In this document: piece after piece, positions 23,176-35,500 of the stretch | Layout: every line of letters begins with the position of its first letter | Position numbering within the stretch: the stretch's first letter is position 1 | Assembly (NCBI GenBank): GCA_013239625.1 | Contig: MU053493.1 | Coordinates: forward strand, 1,373,793-1,437,792 | Source: Lama guanicoe | Taxonomy: Eukaryota | Direction: 5' to 3' | Length of the DNA stretch: 64,000 nt | Position numbers and translations under genes: made by a program | Notes under the pieces: model-generated | Database searches by the model: none | Seen by the model: only the letters and a program-made list of their open reading frames with translations | What the model was told of the DNA's origin: nothing

Positions 23176-25831
23176 AGCACAGGTGCTCGGGCCTTAAGGC
23201 GGGACTATGGGGGCCTCTGGGGGCCCCCCAAACATAACTCCTTCCTGTTTGGTGCTTACCAAGCGTCGGTTGTGACACACTAAGGTGCAGACAGAGCTCA
23301 GTGGGAGGTGACCAGCAGAAAATGGAGCGGATCACACATCGAACGCATCATACTTAGGGCGAGTTGATGCTGTTTTGTAAAAATTGTATCAGTTACAGAT
23401 ACACATATGTACGTGTACTTACATCTGTACAGCAGGTGTGCATGTAACACACGTAGGGTGAATGTGCAGCACATATATGTTTTTTATGAAAATTGTATCC
23501 GTTACAGATAAATGCATGTATTTTGTATACACATGTACATACATTATACATCCAAGCATGTATACATGTGTACATCCGTGTGTGTGGGGTTGTCTTGTGA
23601 ACTGTGTTATCTCCTGTGAGTCACAGCCAAGGAAGTTTGAGAAACCCTCTTCTATTCTGTTTACCTAAAGAGAAAGAAAAACAACAAGCCAAAGTTCCCT
23701 CGGCTTCTCAGGAAACAGGCCACAGACGTTTCTAGGCGGGCTCTGAAGGTCAAGGGGCGGAGACTGGGTTCCTGGGCCTGCCACAGGCACAGGAGGGCGT
23801 GTTGACACGGGCTGCGGGTGTCCCGGAAAGAGCTTGGATTTGAAGAGTCCAAAAGAGTGCAGTGTATACCCCAGCTTCCCTGGTCCTCCATGGGCCTTAT
23901 CTGTCTTACCCGCGTCTGGAGGCCGTTTTGAGGTTAAATGCAGTATCATTATGTGAAGGTTCTTACACGAGGCCCTAAGGAGACCCTTCTTCCTTCTTTT
24001 CTCACAACCAGAGGTTTTTAACTTGCAGAGGAAACCCGAGTCATCCCTGACATCCTTTCCAGCGACAAAGGCCCCTTAGAACCAACCCCACCCCCAGCCT
24101 ACAACTCACAAAGGAACAAAACACAGACAAAAACTTAAAACAAGCAACAACACCACACACTGAACCCGCCCTGTCCCTCGGCGTGCGTAAGATACACACA
24201 GGAAGGAAGTGGCTGGGTGATTCAAAGAGGCCGAGCGTTGATGTCTCAAGGAAAGGAATATTTTCCGACAAGCCCGCCCTGGCTGTGGTTTGGAACAAGG
24301 TTTCAGACGTAGCCTTGCCAGTGCCCCCTCCCCGACCCCCGCCAGCCCTTGTACCTGCTGTCTAGACACAGCAGCAAGGGTGGACCCCGCACAGGAAGGC
24401 CCCCAGCAGCTGAGCAAACGCTGCTGGGCTGGCCCTCACGGCTGGCGCTGCAGTCCAGGGCGGGCAGGCGTGGGCGGCTGCCCAGTGCGCAGGGCCTAGG
24501 GAAGACCTCCAAGAAGCCTGTTTCTCCGTGTGCTCCCAGCTCCTGACTCACCAACAAACCTGTTTTTGATTTCTCATCCTAACCAGCTTCAGGCCCCGGC
24601 AGGTCCAGCCTGATGGAAGGTGTCACTCCCTAACCCTTCCAGCGACCCTCAAGGGCTTACCTGCCGGCCCCAGCTCAGAGCTGGTCAGCCCTCATGTCCA
24701 GGCTCCTTGGGTGGCCGGCACCCTGACTGGTCTGTGCTCCTTGTTCTCTGCCCTTCCTCTCTGTCCTCTAACTATGAGCCCACATCCCTGTCCCTTCCCC
24801 AGAGCCTGGTGCCGTGCCCCCTCTTCTGTGCACCTTCCCTGCCTCTCCCCTGCTGGGACGGATGCTGCGGTTTACCAGGTCGGCAGCTGCCTATCCAGCT
24901 GTGTAAGCAAGTGAATTAACTCTCTTTTTCTCCTTCCCCATCTGTAGAATGGTGATAATCAAGGTGTCTGATGAGACAACATCACAGCCCCAAGGCACCG
25001 AGCCCGGCCCGTGGTACCTCTGGCTCCATCCACGTCAGCTTCAGCGGTCATGATGATAACAGGCCTTTCATCCTCCTAGAGGTGTACTCTCTCTGCAGTA
25101 AGACTTACTGGTCCTCCCTCCATTTTCCCTTCGTGCCCATAGAATCTTCTCTGCAGGCAGCAGGGGGGCTGCCTCTCCTAGCTGTCCAGGGCCTGGAGCC
25201 CCAGCGTGGTGGAAGGCAGCTGAGAGCCAGAGAGTGGCAAACAGCAGCCCCTGTGGGAGGGGCAAGAGCAGCTCGGGAGGCCGCGCCTTAGCTGCCTCGG
25301 ACTGGCCTGGGGCCAACGTCCACTGCACTGGCCGGAGACATCGGTCAGCATTGACCATCCTCTGGCCAAGCAGGGGTCGGCCTGCACTCAGATCAAGGGC
25401 TCAGGAAGACCTTGCAGGCTGAGCGCCCCCTGTGGGAGTGTCTCTGAGTTGACGTTCCGCGGGGCCCTCGAAAGCTCTGGAGTCCAAGCCCCCAGGCCAG
25501 ATAGTCATCTCCATGCCTGACCTTCAGCCAAGCACACTCATCCGCAGAGGCGGGGGCTAACCAGGCGACTGCGCCTGAGGGTACCAGGACATAAGCCGAC
25601 CACCCAGGCTAGCCTTGGACGGACTGGCACTGGGGCTTGAGAAATGGGTGCCTTTGAAAGATGTGTGATGAAGGTGACTCTCAGCAGGGTGAACCCAGGG
25701 CATCGTGTTTCCCTAGTGATCAAAAGTGCAGGATCTGGGCGCCCAGCCTGGGCACGCGCAGCTGTACTGGGGCTCGCCTGGCCCTCCCGTCCGGGGGCTT
25801 CTCAGCCTCTGTACCGCTGGACTTCCCCTGG

Positions 25832-26720
25832 TTTTTTTTCTATTATAAATACATTATTTCAACTAGAAGGTGCAATCTCTCAGAGGGGTTAGAATTTCAA
25901 AAGCTCCAATCACATCCTGTATAACTCCATGAAAAAACAGCGGGACTGCCTGGCTTAGACCATGTGCATTCCTGCACAGTCTTTACGGAATCTGCGCAAA
26001 GAATTACCTTCTCCCTTGGCTCCAATTACATGTTCTTGGATGTGGGGTCCTTTCTGTCCCAGTATATCCAGATTGGTGAAGTGACAAGGATAGCGATGTA
26101 GCCAAAGGTCGCTCCAAGCGTGCAGGAAACGGGTCCTTCCTGCCATGGTCTTCCCCAATCAAGTGGAAAAGGAAAGTCCCCAAGCCTTGTTCCTACAAAA
26201 CTAGAAACCATAATGATCGAGAGACTCTTCTGCCAATGGATGTGACCCCGCTTCTATAGAAAACTCTTAGACCTGCTTTGAAGTTTGGTCCTAACAAACA
26301 TGAACAGGGTACAGTAGTAAAAGTAGACCAGCGAACTGCAAAGGAAAACGTTTCCAACACCAACTTGATTAGTGGTGCTCCATACAGAACAAAAATTACC
26401 GGAAAGGGGAAACAAGACATAAGAAAGTTGATACAGCATTTCAAAAGGCTGGTGACCTTGTGATAATGAACTTCTTTGAGAGATGCAGTTGGTTTCACCA
26501 CTCAGTGTAATACTAAGGTGACAGCAGTTACCAAAACAGAACAGGTGCATGACCATGTCCAGTGTGTTTCCAATATTGCAAAGTTCTCCAAGAGGAATGA
26601 TGAAATGATGATGCCGAGGATCATTGAAAATATGCATAAAAGATAGGCACACAGTAGTCTCTTGAAGTCAGCATCTTTCATGGCTCCCCACTTTCGGAAG
26701 GCTCATCTTCTAGGACATGA
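25832..26720 (-). pseudogene. PIGF: Processed pseudogene of PIGF (GPI-anchor biosynthesis class F)
   Basis: Intronless minus-strand copy from ATG 26681 (MKDADFKRLLCAYLLCIFSMILG...LENFAILETHWTW) through LKCCINFLMSCFPFPVIFVLYGAPLI...STFTTVPCSCLLGPN to LDWGRPWQEGPVSCTLGATFGY...SPIWIYWDRK, stop TAA 26026-26028. It matches mammalian PIGF end to end. Lesions: premature TGA at codon 60 (26502-26504), compensating frameshifts near 26460-26480, a further frameshift near 26230. A 3'UTR-like stretch and short A-tail remnant (T8 at 25832-25839) follow. Confidence 0.95.
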
Positions 26721-28339
26721 GCTCCTCCTAAGAGCAGAAAGAAATTCTGAGACCTCTGTCTGCCTGCCCTGTGCCCAGAGCGTCCCTCCTGTCCGGCTCA
26801 AGGTACAGCCCACCCTCCACTGGTGCCCCCACCCCCTTCCCACCCCCCGCCTTCTCCCCCGTCTACTCAAGGACATCACTGGTTCTCTCTCCTTTCCTCC
26901 GAATCATCAACCTTTCACTTCTACCAGATTGCTCCCATCAGTGGACCACACTGTTGTTACTCCTGTTTTTAAACCCACCCGGGCTGCCTCCCCTCCTTCC
27001 TTCTTCCAGGATGGAGTCCCAGGGGCTAGATTTACCCTCCCTCCAAAACTGCCAACATGATCAGATAAGCTAGGTGAACAACAGGACATCGGGCAAGGAA
27101 GGACGGTGGTCCCTGGGAGATGGGAAATGGATGGGGTGAGGCCTGTGATGGCCCGCTCACTGCCTGAGAGATCTCTTCACTGCAAAGCAGACAGGGATTC
27201 CTGGATGAAGGGAGAGGGCTCCCAAGTTCAGGAGATGGAGCTGGACATCCAGGGAGATAAAGGCAGCCAGAATTTTCAGGACAGAGGACCAAAAAGGAGA
27301 CCGCTGCCAACAGAGAGCTCTGGTGATCTGCAGAAGGTTCCCTGGGGAACTCACACACCCCTGTGAAGAGCCCGTAAGGGGAGATAGGCTCGTGCCCAGT
27401 GCCCACGTGGGGCTCCGCTGGCCAGATCGGAGCCTCAGATTCACTGGGTATCGGGTAGAGTGCCCAGGGTTATACCAGACTCTTACACCTGGACAGCACA
27501 GCTCCAAACTCAGCCGGCAAGTCCGAAAATTGAGACCAGGAAAGATCAAACAACTTTTAAGTCACTTCCTCGCACCTCATGAAAAAAGCTCAAGACTATT
27601 TCTAAGAATATAAATGTATCGTGCAGCCCGCTTGGTCAAATCGCACTGCCTGGCATCCAGTTAAAACGGCCTTGTGCACAAAGAAGCAGGGGGAAAAAAA
27701 CTTGCTCAGCTGGCCAGCACAGAGCATCTCATGTAGGTCAGAGGCCATGTCTGCCTGGGCAGCAGCTGTCACTAGGGTAGGAGCGTCCTCGTCTTACGCA
27801 CGAACTCCTCCTAAGAGCCTGAGGACCACGACAGGGGGCGGACTGGGGAAGAGGTCATTCAATACACAAAAGAAGCAGGAAAAACAGCTCAAGTCCACAT
27901 CCTCCTCCAGGAACCTTCCTGTCTCAGCCACACTCCAAAACAGGGGTTTTTTTTCCTACTTGCTCTAATCTTTCTCCTCCTTTCTCTCCCTTTTTCCTCT
28001 TTATGGTGAATATAACATACACCCAGGAAAATGTTTCAAATGGAAATGTTCAACTTAGCAGATTATTGTAAAGCAAACCCCTATGTGGTCACCAGGCAGA
28101 TGCATCCCAGTTACACTTCCTCCCTCCCTGCCCCCTCCCTGGATTCCTGACCTCTGGCGTCCCCAGGAAGCACCTCCTAAAGTGGCTTTCTAGTTTACCT
28201 CCTAAGCAGGCATCCTTAAATGATGAGGGTGAGATGTGCATGTCTGTGTACCATTTACCAGTGGAATCAAGCAGTGTACGCAGTTTTAGATCCACCTTCT
28301 TTCTCTCCATATTATGTGCTTTTAAGATTTCACCATGTT

Positions 28340-28577
28340 AGGGAGGAGGGTATAGCTCAGTTGTAGAGCGTGTTCTTCGCACGCACGAGGTCCTGAGTTC
28401 AATACTCAGCACCTCTGTTAAAATAAAAAAAAAATAAATAAACCTAATTACTCCCCCTGCCAAAAAAAAAAAAAAAAAATAAACCTAATTACCCCCCCTG
28501 CCAAAAAAAAAAAAAGAAGCAGTAGCACCAGAGTCCCCATCAGTGGATCCTACATCACCTGTCTGGAAAGAAAAAAA
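28340..28577 (+). mobile_element. Vic-1-type SINE with duplicated tail module and ~50 bp 3' extension
   Basis: Head 28341-28418; AAATAAACCTAATTAC(C/T)CCCCCTGCC-An twice; TSD AAGATTTCACCATGTT 28324-28339 / AAGATTTCACCCTGCT 28578-28593. Confidence 0.85.
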
Positions 28578-28867
28578 AAGATTTCACCCTGCTGCTGTAT
28601 GCATCTGTACATACTGTATGCATACTGTATGCATGCTGTATGCATTGGGACTCCTGGAACCACTGGGGTTTTTTGTTTGTTTGTTTGCTTGCTTTTGGCA
28701 GATGGGGCGGTACTGGGAATTGTTCCTTCTGTTCCAGCTGTACAGAATTCATTGTAGGAATATACATTTTTTTTCAGCCCATTACCCTATGGATGAATAT
28801 TTCCACTGTTTCCATCTGGGGACTGTCTTCGTCAGTTCAGACTGCTATAACAAAAATACCACAGACT

Positions 28868-29135
28868 GATGGTTACAAACTATACTTACCAAAGGGGAAA
28901 GGGCAGGGAGGGATAAATTAGGGGTTGAGAATTAACAGACACACATCACTGTATATAAATAGATAAACAACAAGGACCTAATACAGAGCACAGGGAACTG
29001 TATCCAATTTCTTGTAATGGCTTATCATGGAAAAGAATCTGAATACATTTGTATGTATATGTATAACTAACTGAATCACTTAGCTGAACACCTGAAACTA
29101 ACATTGTAAATCAATGACACATCAATAAAAAAAAT
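28868..29135 (+). mobile_element. Cetartiodactyl L1 3' end within an MLT1 LTR (~28825-29495)
   Basis: GGGAGGGATAAATTAGG...AAACAACAAGGACCTA..CACAGGGAACT...ACATTGTAAATCAA; MLT1 text resumes at ~29215. Confidence 0.8.
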
Positions 29136-29774
29136 TTTTCATACAATTAAATAAAAACTCTTCCCTGAAAGCCATCAGGGAGTCCGGGTCTTTGGAGCAT
29201 TGAAAAAAAAAAAAAACCACAAAGACTGGGTGGCTAAAACAAACACTTATTTCTCACAGTTCTGGAGGTGGGAAGTCCAAAATGTCTTTCCCTGTGTCCT
29301 CACATGGAAGAGAGAGAAAGAGAGACAGAGAGAAAGCTCTCTTGTGTCTCTTCAGATAAGAGCACTAATCCCACATGAAGGCTCCACCCTCATGACCCAA
29401 TCGCCTCCCAAAGTCCCCACCTCCAAATACCATCATGTTGAAGATTGAGTTTCAGCATACGAATTCGAGGGACACAAACATTTGGTCCATAGCAGAGGCT
29501 GTGGTCAACATAGTGCTAAGAATATACCTGCATAGGTATTTGTCTGCAAAACACACTCACACTAGTAGGTAAGTAGCTCCTAGAGGAATTGCAGGCTCAC
29601 AGGTGTGTAAATCTCCAGCTTTAGAGGACACAGCCACATCCTTCTCCAAGGTGATTATAGCACCAGCGATGTTATGGGTTCCTGTGACTTCACACACATG
29701 CCAACCCCTGGCGTTGTCAGTCTTGGTGATGTAGGCTGCTAGTTTGTTGTGATTTTAATTTGCATGGTTAAAGC

Positions 29775-29810
<36 letters not shown>

Positions 29811-30726
29811 GTTATTCATTTGGATATCCTCTCTCTGGAAATACCTGTTTCAACATTTTGCCCTTTTTCCATTTTAATCACTGTTCTATATTTTTCATTG
29901 ATTTTTAGATATACTTTATATATTCTGGATATGAGCCCCTTGCCAGTTACAAGTGTTGCAAACATCTTCTTCCACTTTGTGACTTACTGTTCCCTTCCAT
30001 TAAGAGTATCATTGATAAAGAAAAGTTTCTTGATTCAAATGAATCAAAGTGATCATTTTATCATTAGTGCTTTTTGAATCTTGCTTCAGAGTCCTTTCTC
30101 TAGGTCAAGATCATGAAGTTATTCTTCTATATTTTCTCCTACAGCTATATTTTTTGCTTTACATCTTTTTTTTCATTGTTAAAATATATGTAACATAGTA
30201 TTTACCAGATGAATCGTTTTAAGCATACAGTTCAGTGGCATTCAGCTCATTCACATTATTCTGTAATCATTAGCACCATTAATTTCCAGAATTTTTCATA
30301 TTCCCAAACTGTAACTTTGTACCCATAAAATAATAATTACCCATTCCCCCTCTCCTCCCAGCCCCTGGTAGGAGCCATCCTCCATTCTGTTCTCTATGAA
30401 TTTGACTAGTCTAGGTACCTCATGTAAGTTCAATCATACTATATTTGTCCTTCTGTGTCTGGCTTATTTTACTTAGCATACTGTCTTCCAGATTCATCCA
30501 TGTTGTAGCACATGTCAGAATGTCCTTCCTTTTTTAAGGACTGTTTAATCTTTCCCAGTCTATACTTTTTTGCACTTGGATATTTCTCCCCTCACCATCT
30601 ACGGAAAAGACTTCCCTTTCCCCACTGCTCCTGCTGGGCCACCTTTTGTCACGAGTCAAATGAGCTTATGTGCTTGGGCTCCCTGTTCTGATACACTGGT
30701 TTATTTGATACTTTTGAGTCAAAAAT

Positions 30727-30903
30727 CAGGCCAAATTGATGGGCTTGCTACCAATGCAGCTGCACAGGGGCCTTTGCTCAGAAGAGCCCTGCACTTGATT
30801 TAATATTCTCCTACTGCTGTCTTGGCATTCTTGCTAATTCTTGAACAAGAAGCCTTGCATCTTCACTTTGCACCGGGTCCTGCAAATTGCAGAGCCAGTC
30901 TTG
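30727..30903. mobile_element. MER91A-like (hAT-Tip100)
   Basis: GCACAGGGGCC..GCTCAGAAGAGCCCTGCACTTGATTTAAT...TTGAACAAG...TTTGCACCGGGTCCTGCAAATT. Confidence 0.7.
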
Positions 30904-32029
30904 CCAGTAACACATTGGCAGTATTATTTTAGGAAGTTTGATAACGTCTCACTTTCTTCCAATACTTCTTCAAGAACATTTTGGCTATGAATTTAGAATC
31001 AGTTTCTCAAGTTCCACCCGAAAAACCCCCCAAAACTGCTGCTATTTTGATTAAGGTTACATTAAATCTAAAGATCAAGTTATGGAGAATTGACTTTTAA
31101 GATACTGAGACTTCAGTGAAAAAACATGGTTAATTTTTCTAAATGCTTAGGTCTCTTAACATCAAAAAAATTTTTTTATACTTACCTCCCTATGCATGTT
31201 GTACAAATATCCAAAGAACTTGAGTATTTTTTTTATTATGGTAAAAACATGACAAAATTGACTATTGTAACCATTTTTCAGTGTATAGTATGGTATGGTT
31301 AACTGTACCCACATTACTGTACAGCAGATATCCAGGACTTTTTCATCTTACAATTCTATACGGCTCCTCCCGTTCCCCTCCCACTAACCCTGGAAATCAG
31401 CATTCCACCTTCTGTTTATAACAGTTCGACTAGTTTAGATCTCTTATGTAAGTCGAGCGATACAGTGTTTGTCTTTCTGTGGCTGGCTTATTTCACTTAG
31501 CACAATGTCCCCAAGGTTCATCCATGTTGTAGTATATGGCAGGATTTGCAATTTTTTAAGACTGAGTGATATTCCATTGTGTGTATAGACCATATTTACT
31601 TCATGCATTTATCTGTCGATGGACTTTTAGGTTGCTTCCAACCCTTGAATATTGTGAATAATGCTGCAGTGAACATAGATGCACAAATATCTCTTTGAGA
31701 TCCCGTTTCCCATTCTTTGGGATGTGTATCCAGAAGGGAGATTGTTGGATCCTATGGTAATTCTATCTTTCATTCTTTGAGGAACTGCCATACTGTTTTC
31801 CACAGAGGCTGCACCAACTTACATTCCCATCAACAGAGCACGAAGGTCTGATTTTGCCACATCCTCACCAGACACTTGCTATTTTGTGTTTGTTTTGTTT
31901 TTTGATAGTGACTCTCTTAACAGGTGTGAGGTGATATCTCTTTGTGGTTTTGATTTGCATTTCCCTGATAATTAGCTATGTTGAGCATCTTTTCCTATAA
32001 TTATTGGCCATTTCTTTTTTGAGAACTGT

Positions 32030-32510
32030 TGTTATCAACTGCAAGCTCATAATGCTCACCACACAATAGGCCAGTAAATCAAGGGACAAATTGTTTGGGC
32101 AAGGAATAATGACCTTATTCAGCCATCAGACTGAAAAGGTGGTGGACTAGCATCCCAAAGAAAGATCTTCCCTGAGTTAGAACTGAGGCTTTTTTATACT
32201 AAAAAGGGAGGGTTAGGTCAAATATTTCCTGGTTCCGGTCAGCCTCAGGAGGAAACGTGTTAATTTCTTCCTTCCATCATTCACAGGTGGGTCTGGTCAG
32301 AATGTTAGCTGTGAGCTAAAGAAAAGTATTTTAGCTTAACACTCATTACCTGGGAGGCAGGGCTCCCAGAGATGGGCTATTATGTATAATTTAAACTTAT
32401 AGGCAACATCTCTTTAGTGATTAATTTGTAGCAATAGCAATAGAATAATGCAAAGGTTAAAGTAAAAGAAATGATACAACACGGAGTCAGATTTCTTCTT
32501 CCCTATTACA
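32030..32510 (-). mobile_element. ERV1-class solo LTR, family A copy 1
   Basis: TG...CA ends, 4-bp TSD CTGT/CTGA, interrupts L1; homologous to 51721-52215. Confidence 0.85.
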
Positions 32511-35500
32511 CTGACTATTCAAATCCTTTGCCCGGTTTTAATCAAGCTATTTGCTTTTTTGTTGTTGAGTTGCTGGAGTTATTTATATATTTTGGATACT
32601 AACCCCTTATCAGATACGGGGTCTGCAAATATTCTCTCCTGCCACATGGGGTGCCTTTTCATTCTGTTGATTGTTTCTTTAGGTAAGCAAAAGTTTAAAT
32701 TTTTGATGTAGTCCCATGTGTCTAATAGTTTTTCTTTTCTCTGCTTTTGATGTCATGTCTAAAAAATCATTGCCAAATCCAGTGTCATAAAGCTTTCCCC
32801 TTATGTTTTTATCTAGTAGTTTTATAATGTTAGGTCTTGTGTTAGGTCTTTAACCCATTTGGGAGTTAATTTCTGAGTTAACTTTTGTATACAGTGTAAG
32901 GCAAGGGTCCAATTTCATTCCTCTGCATGTGGTTATCTAGTTTTCCCAGCCTCATTTGTTGAAGAGATCATCCTGCCCCATTGTGTAACTTTAGCACTGT
33001 TGTCAAAGATCACTTGACCATATACCTCAGAGCTTATTTCTGGGCTCTCTATTCTGTTCCATTGGTCTGTGTCTGTCTGTATGCCACTACCATGCTGTTC
33101 TGATTACTGTGACTTTGTAATATATTTTGATATCAGGATGCGTGAGGTTTCCAGCTTTGCTTTTCTTTCTCAATAGTATTTTTTGGCTCTTCAGGGCCTT
33201 CGGTGCTTCCAAATGAATTAAAGGATGGTTTTGTTTTTTCCTATTTCTGAAAAAAAAATGCCACTAAGTTTTTGATAGTGATTGCATTGAATCTGTAGAT
33301 TACTTTAGGTAACATAGGCATTTTAGCAATACAAAGTCTTCTAATCCATGAACATATGATATCTTTCCATTTATTTATGTCTTTAATTTCTTTCAGCAAT
33401 GTTTTATAGTTTTCCGTGCACAAGTCATTCATCTTCTTGGTTAACTTTATTCCTAAGTATTTTATCATTTTTGATGCTACCATAAATGGGATTATTTTCT
33501 TAATTTCCTTTTCAGATTGTTAGTGTATAGTGTCACTGTTAGTGTCACTGTTAGTGTATAGAAATGCAAATGATCTGTGTGTGTTGGTTTTGCATCCTGC
33601 CACTTTGATGAATTCATTTATTTTATTAGTTCTAAAAGGGTTGTTGTTGTTGGGTTTGTTTGTTTGTTTGTTTTTTGGTAGTGTCTTTAGGGTTTTATAT
33701 ATGTAAGATCATGTCATCTGCAAACAGAGATCATTTAACTTCTTCCTTTCCCATTTGGATGCCTTTTATTTCTTTTTCTTGCCTCGTTTCCCTAGCTAGA
33801 GTCTCCAGTATAACACTGAATAAGTGTGGCCAAAGTAACCATCCTTGTCATGGTCCCGATCTTAAGGGGAAGCGCCCAGTCTTTCCCTGTTGAGGGTGAT
33901 GCTAGCTGCAGTGTTTCATAGATGCCTTTATCAAGTGGAGGAAGTTCTCTTCTGCTCCTCATTTGTGAGTATTTTTATCATGAAGGGGTGTTGGATTTTG
34001 GCAAATGATTTTTGAAATGTTCATGTGATCTTTGTATTTTATTCAACTGACTTGTATTATATTAATTTTCAGGTGTTTACCTTGCATCTCTGGGTAATCT
34101 CTCTTGGTCATGATATATAATTATTTTTATTTGTGGCTGGATTTGCTTTGCTCTTCTTGAGGATTTTTTCATCCATATTCATAAAAGGTATTAGTCTGTC
34201 ACTTTCTTTTCTTGTGATGTCTTGTTTGGTTTTGGTACAAGGATACTGAACTCATATGTTGGAAAAGTGTTCCTGCCTCTTCTATTTTTTGAAGTTTGTA
34301 AAGAATTAGTATAAATTCTCCTTTAAATATTTGGAAGGTGCTCTGGTCTGACTGTGTGCCCCCCAAATTCACATGTTGGAATCCTTACTCCCAACGTGAT
34401 GGTGTTAGAAAATGGGGACTTTGGGAGGTGCGTAGGTCATGAAAATGGAGCCCTAAGAAACAGGATGCCTTATTCAAGAATCTGCCAGAGCTCCCTGCTC
34501 CCTCCACCATGTGAATACACAATGGTAGTCTGCAACCTGGAAGAGGGCCCTCACCCTACCATGCTGCCACCCTCATCTCAGACTTCCAGCCCTGAGCTGT
34601 GATCAAAATTCCTTTGTATACAAGCCACCCAGTCTCAGTGTTTTGTCACAGTAACCTGAAGAGTCTGCGACAGTAGAATTCAGTGCTGAAGCGATCTGGG
34701 CCTAGGATTTTCTTTGTAGGTAGCTTTTTTTTTTTTTAACCACTAATTTAATCTCTTTGTTTGTTATAGGTCTATTCGGATGATCTATGCCTTCTTGAGT
34801 CAGTTTTGGTCATTGGTGCCTTTCTAGGAATTTGTCAATTTCACCTCCATTATCTAATTTGTTGACATACAACTGTCCATCGTATTCCTTTATAATCCTT
34901 TTCATTTCCATAAAGTCAGTAGGAATGTCCCCTCTTTCATTTCTAATTCTATCATTTGAGTTTTTTTTTTTCTCTTAGTCCATCCAGCTAATGGTTTGTC
35001 AACTCTGTTGAGCTTCTGAAAGAACCAGCTTTTGGTTTCACTGAATTCCTCTATTGCTTTTACATTCTCCGCTTCACTAATTTCTGTTCTGATCTTTATT
35101 ATTTTCCTCCTTCTGCCTGCTTTAGGTCTGTTTTGCTTTTCTTTTTTTCTGTGTTTTTAGGTGAAAGGTTAGATTGTTGATTCTGAGGTCTTTCTTCTTT
35201 CTTAAAATAAGCATTAAAGCTTTACACGTTCCTCTAAACACGGCTTAAGCAGAATCTTGTTAGTTTCTGAACTCCTATCAGACATTTTGGACACCCTGGA
35301 CTGATGCCACACAACTCTTAACTTTCTCTCATGTTTGTCATCTTTCTGTCTTTGTGACCTAGTCTGGGAAGTTTCTTGGACTCTAGTTTCCAAGTCGTCT
35401 CCTGATTTTTTGTGTTTTTTGACAATCATATTTTTAATCTCCCTGAAGTTTTCCTTGTTCCCTGACTTTCCCTTTCTCTGGCTTCCTGTTCTTGTTTTGT

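Noticed and set aside
28593..28645. CTGTATGCAT-type 11-bp tandem units (also a short duplication at ~33518-33561)
   Set aside because: Ordinary slippage repeats within old L1 sequence; no spacer structure, not CRISPR-like.
33241..33483. ORF resembling a reverse-transcriptase-associated protein
   Set aside because: Fragment of decayed L1 ORF2, already covered by the L1 feature.
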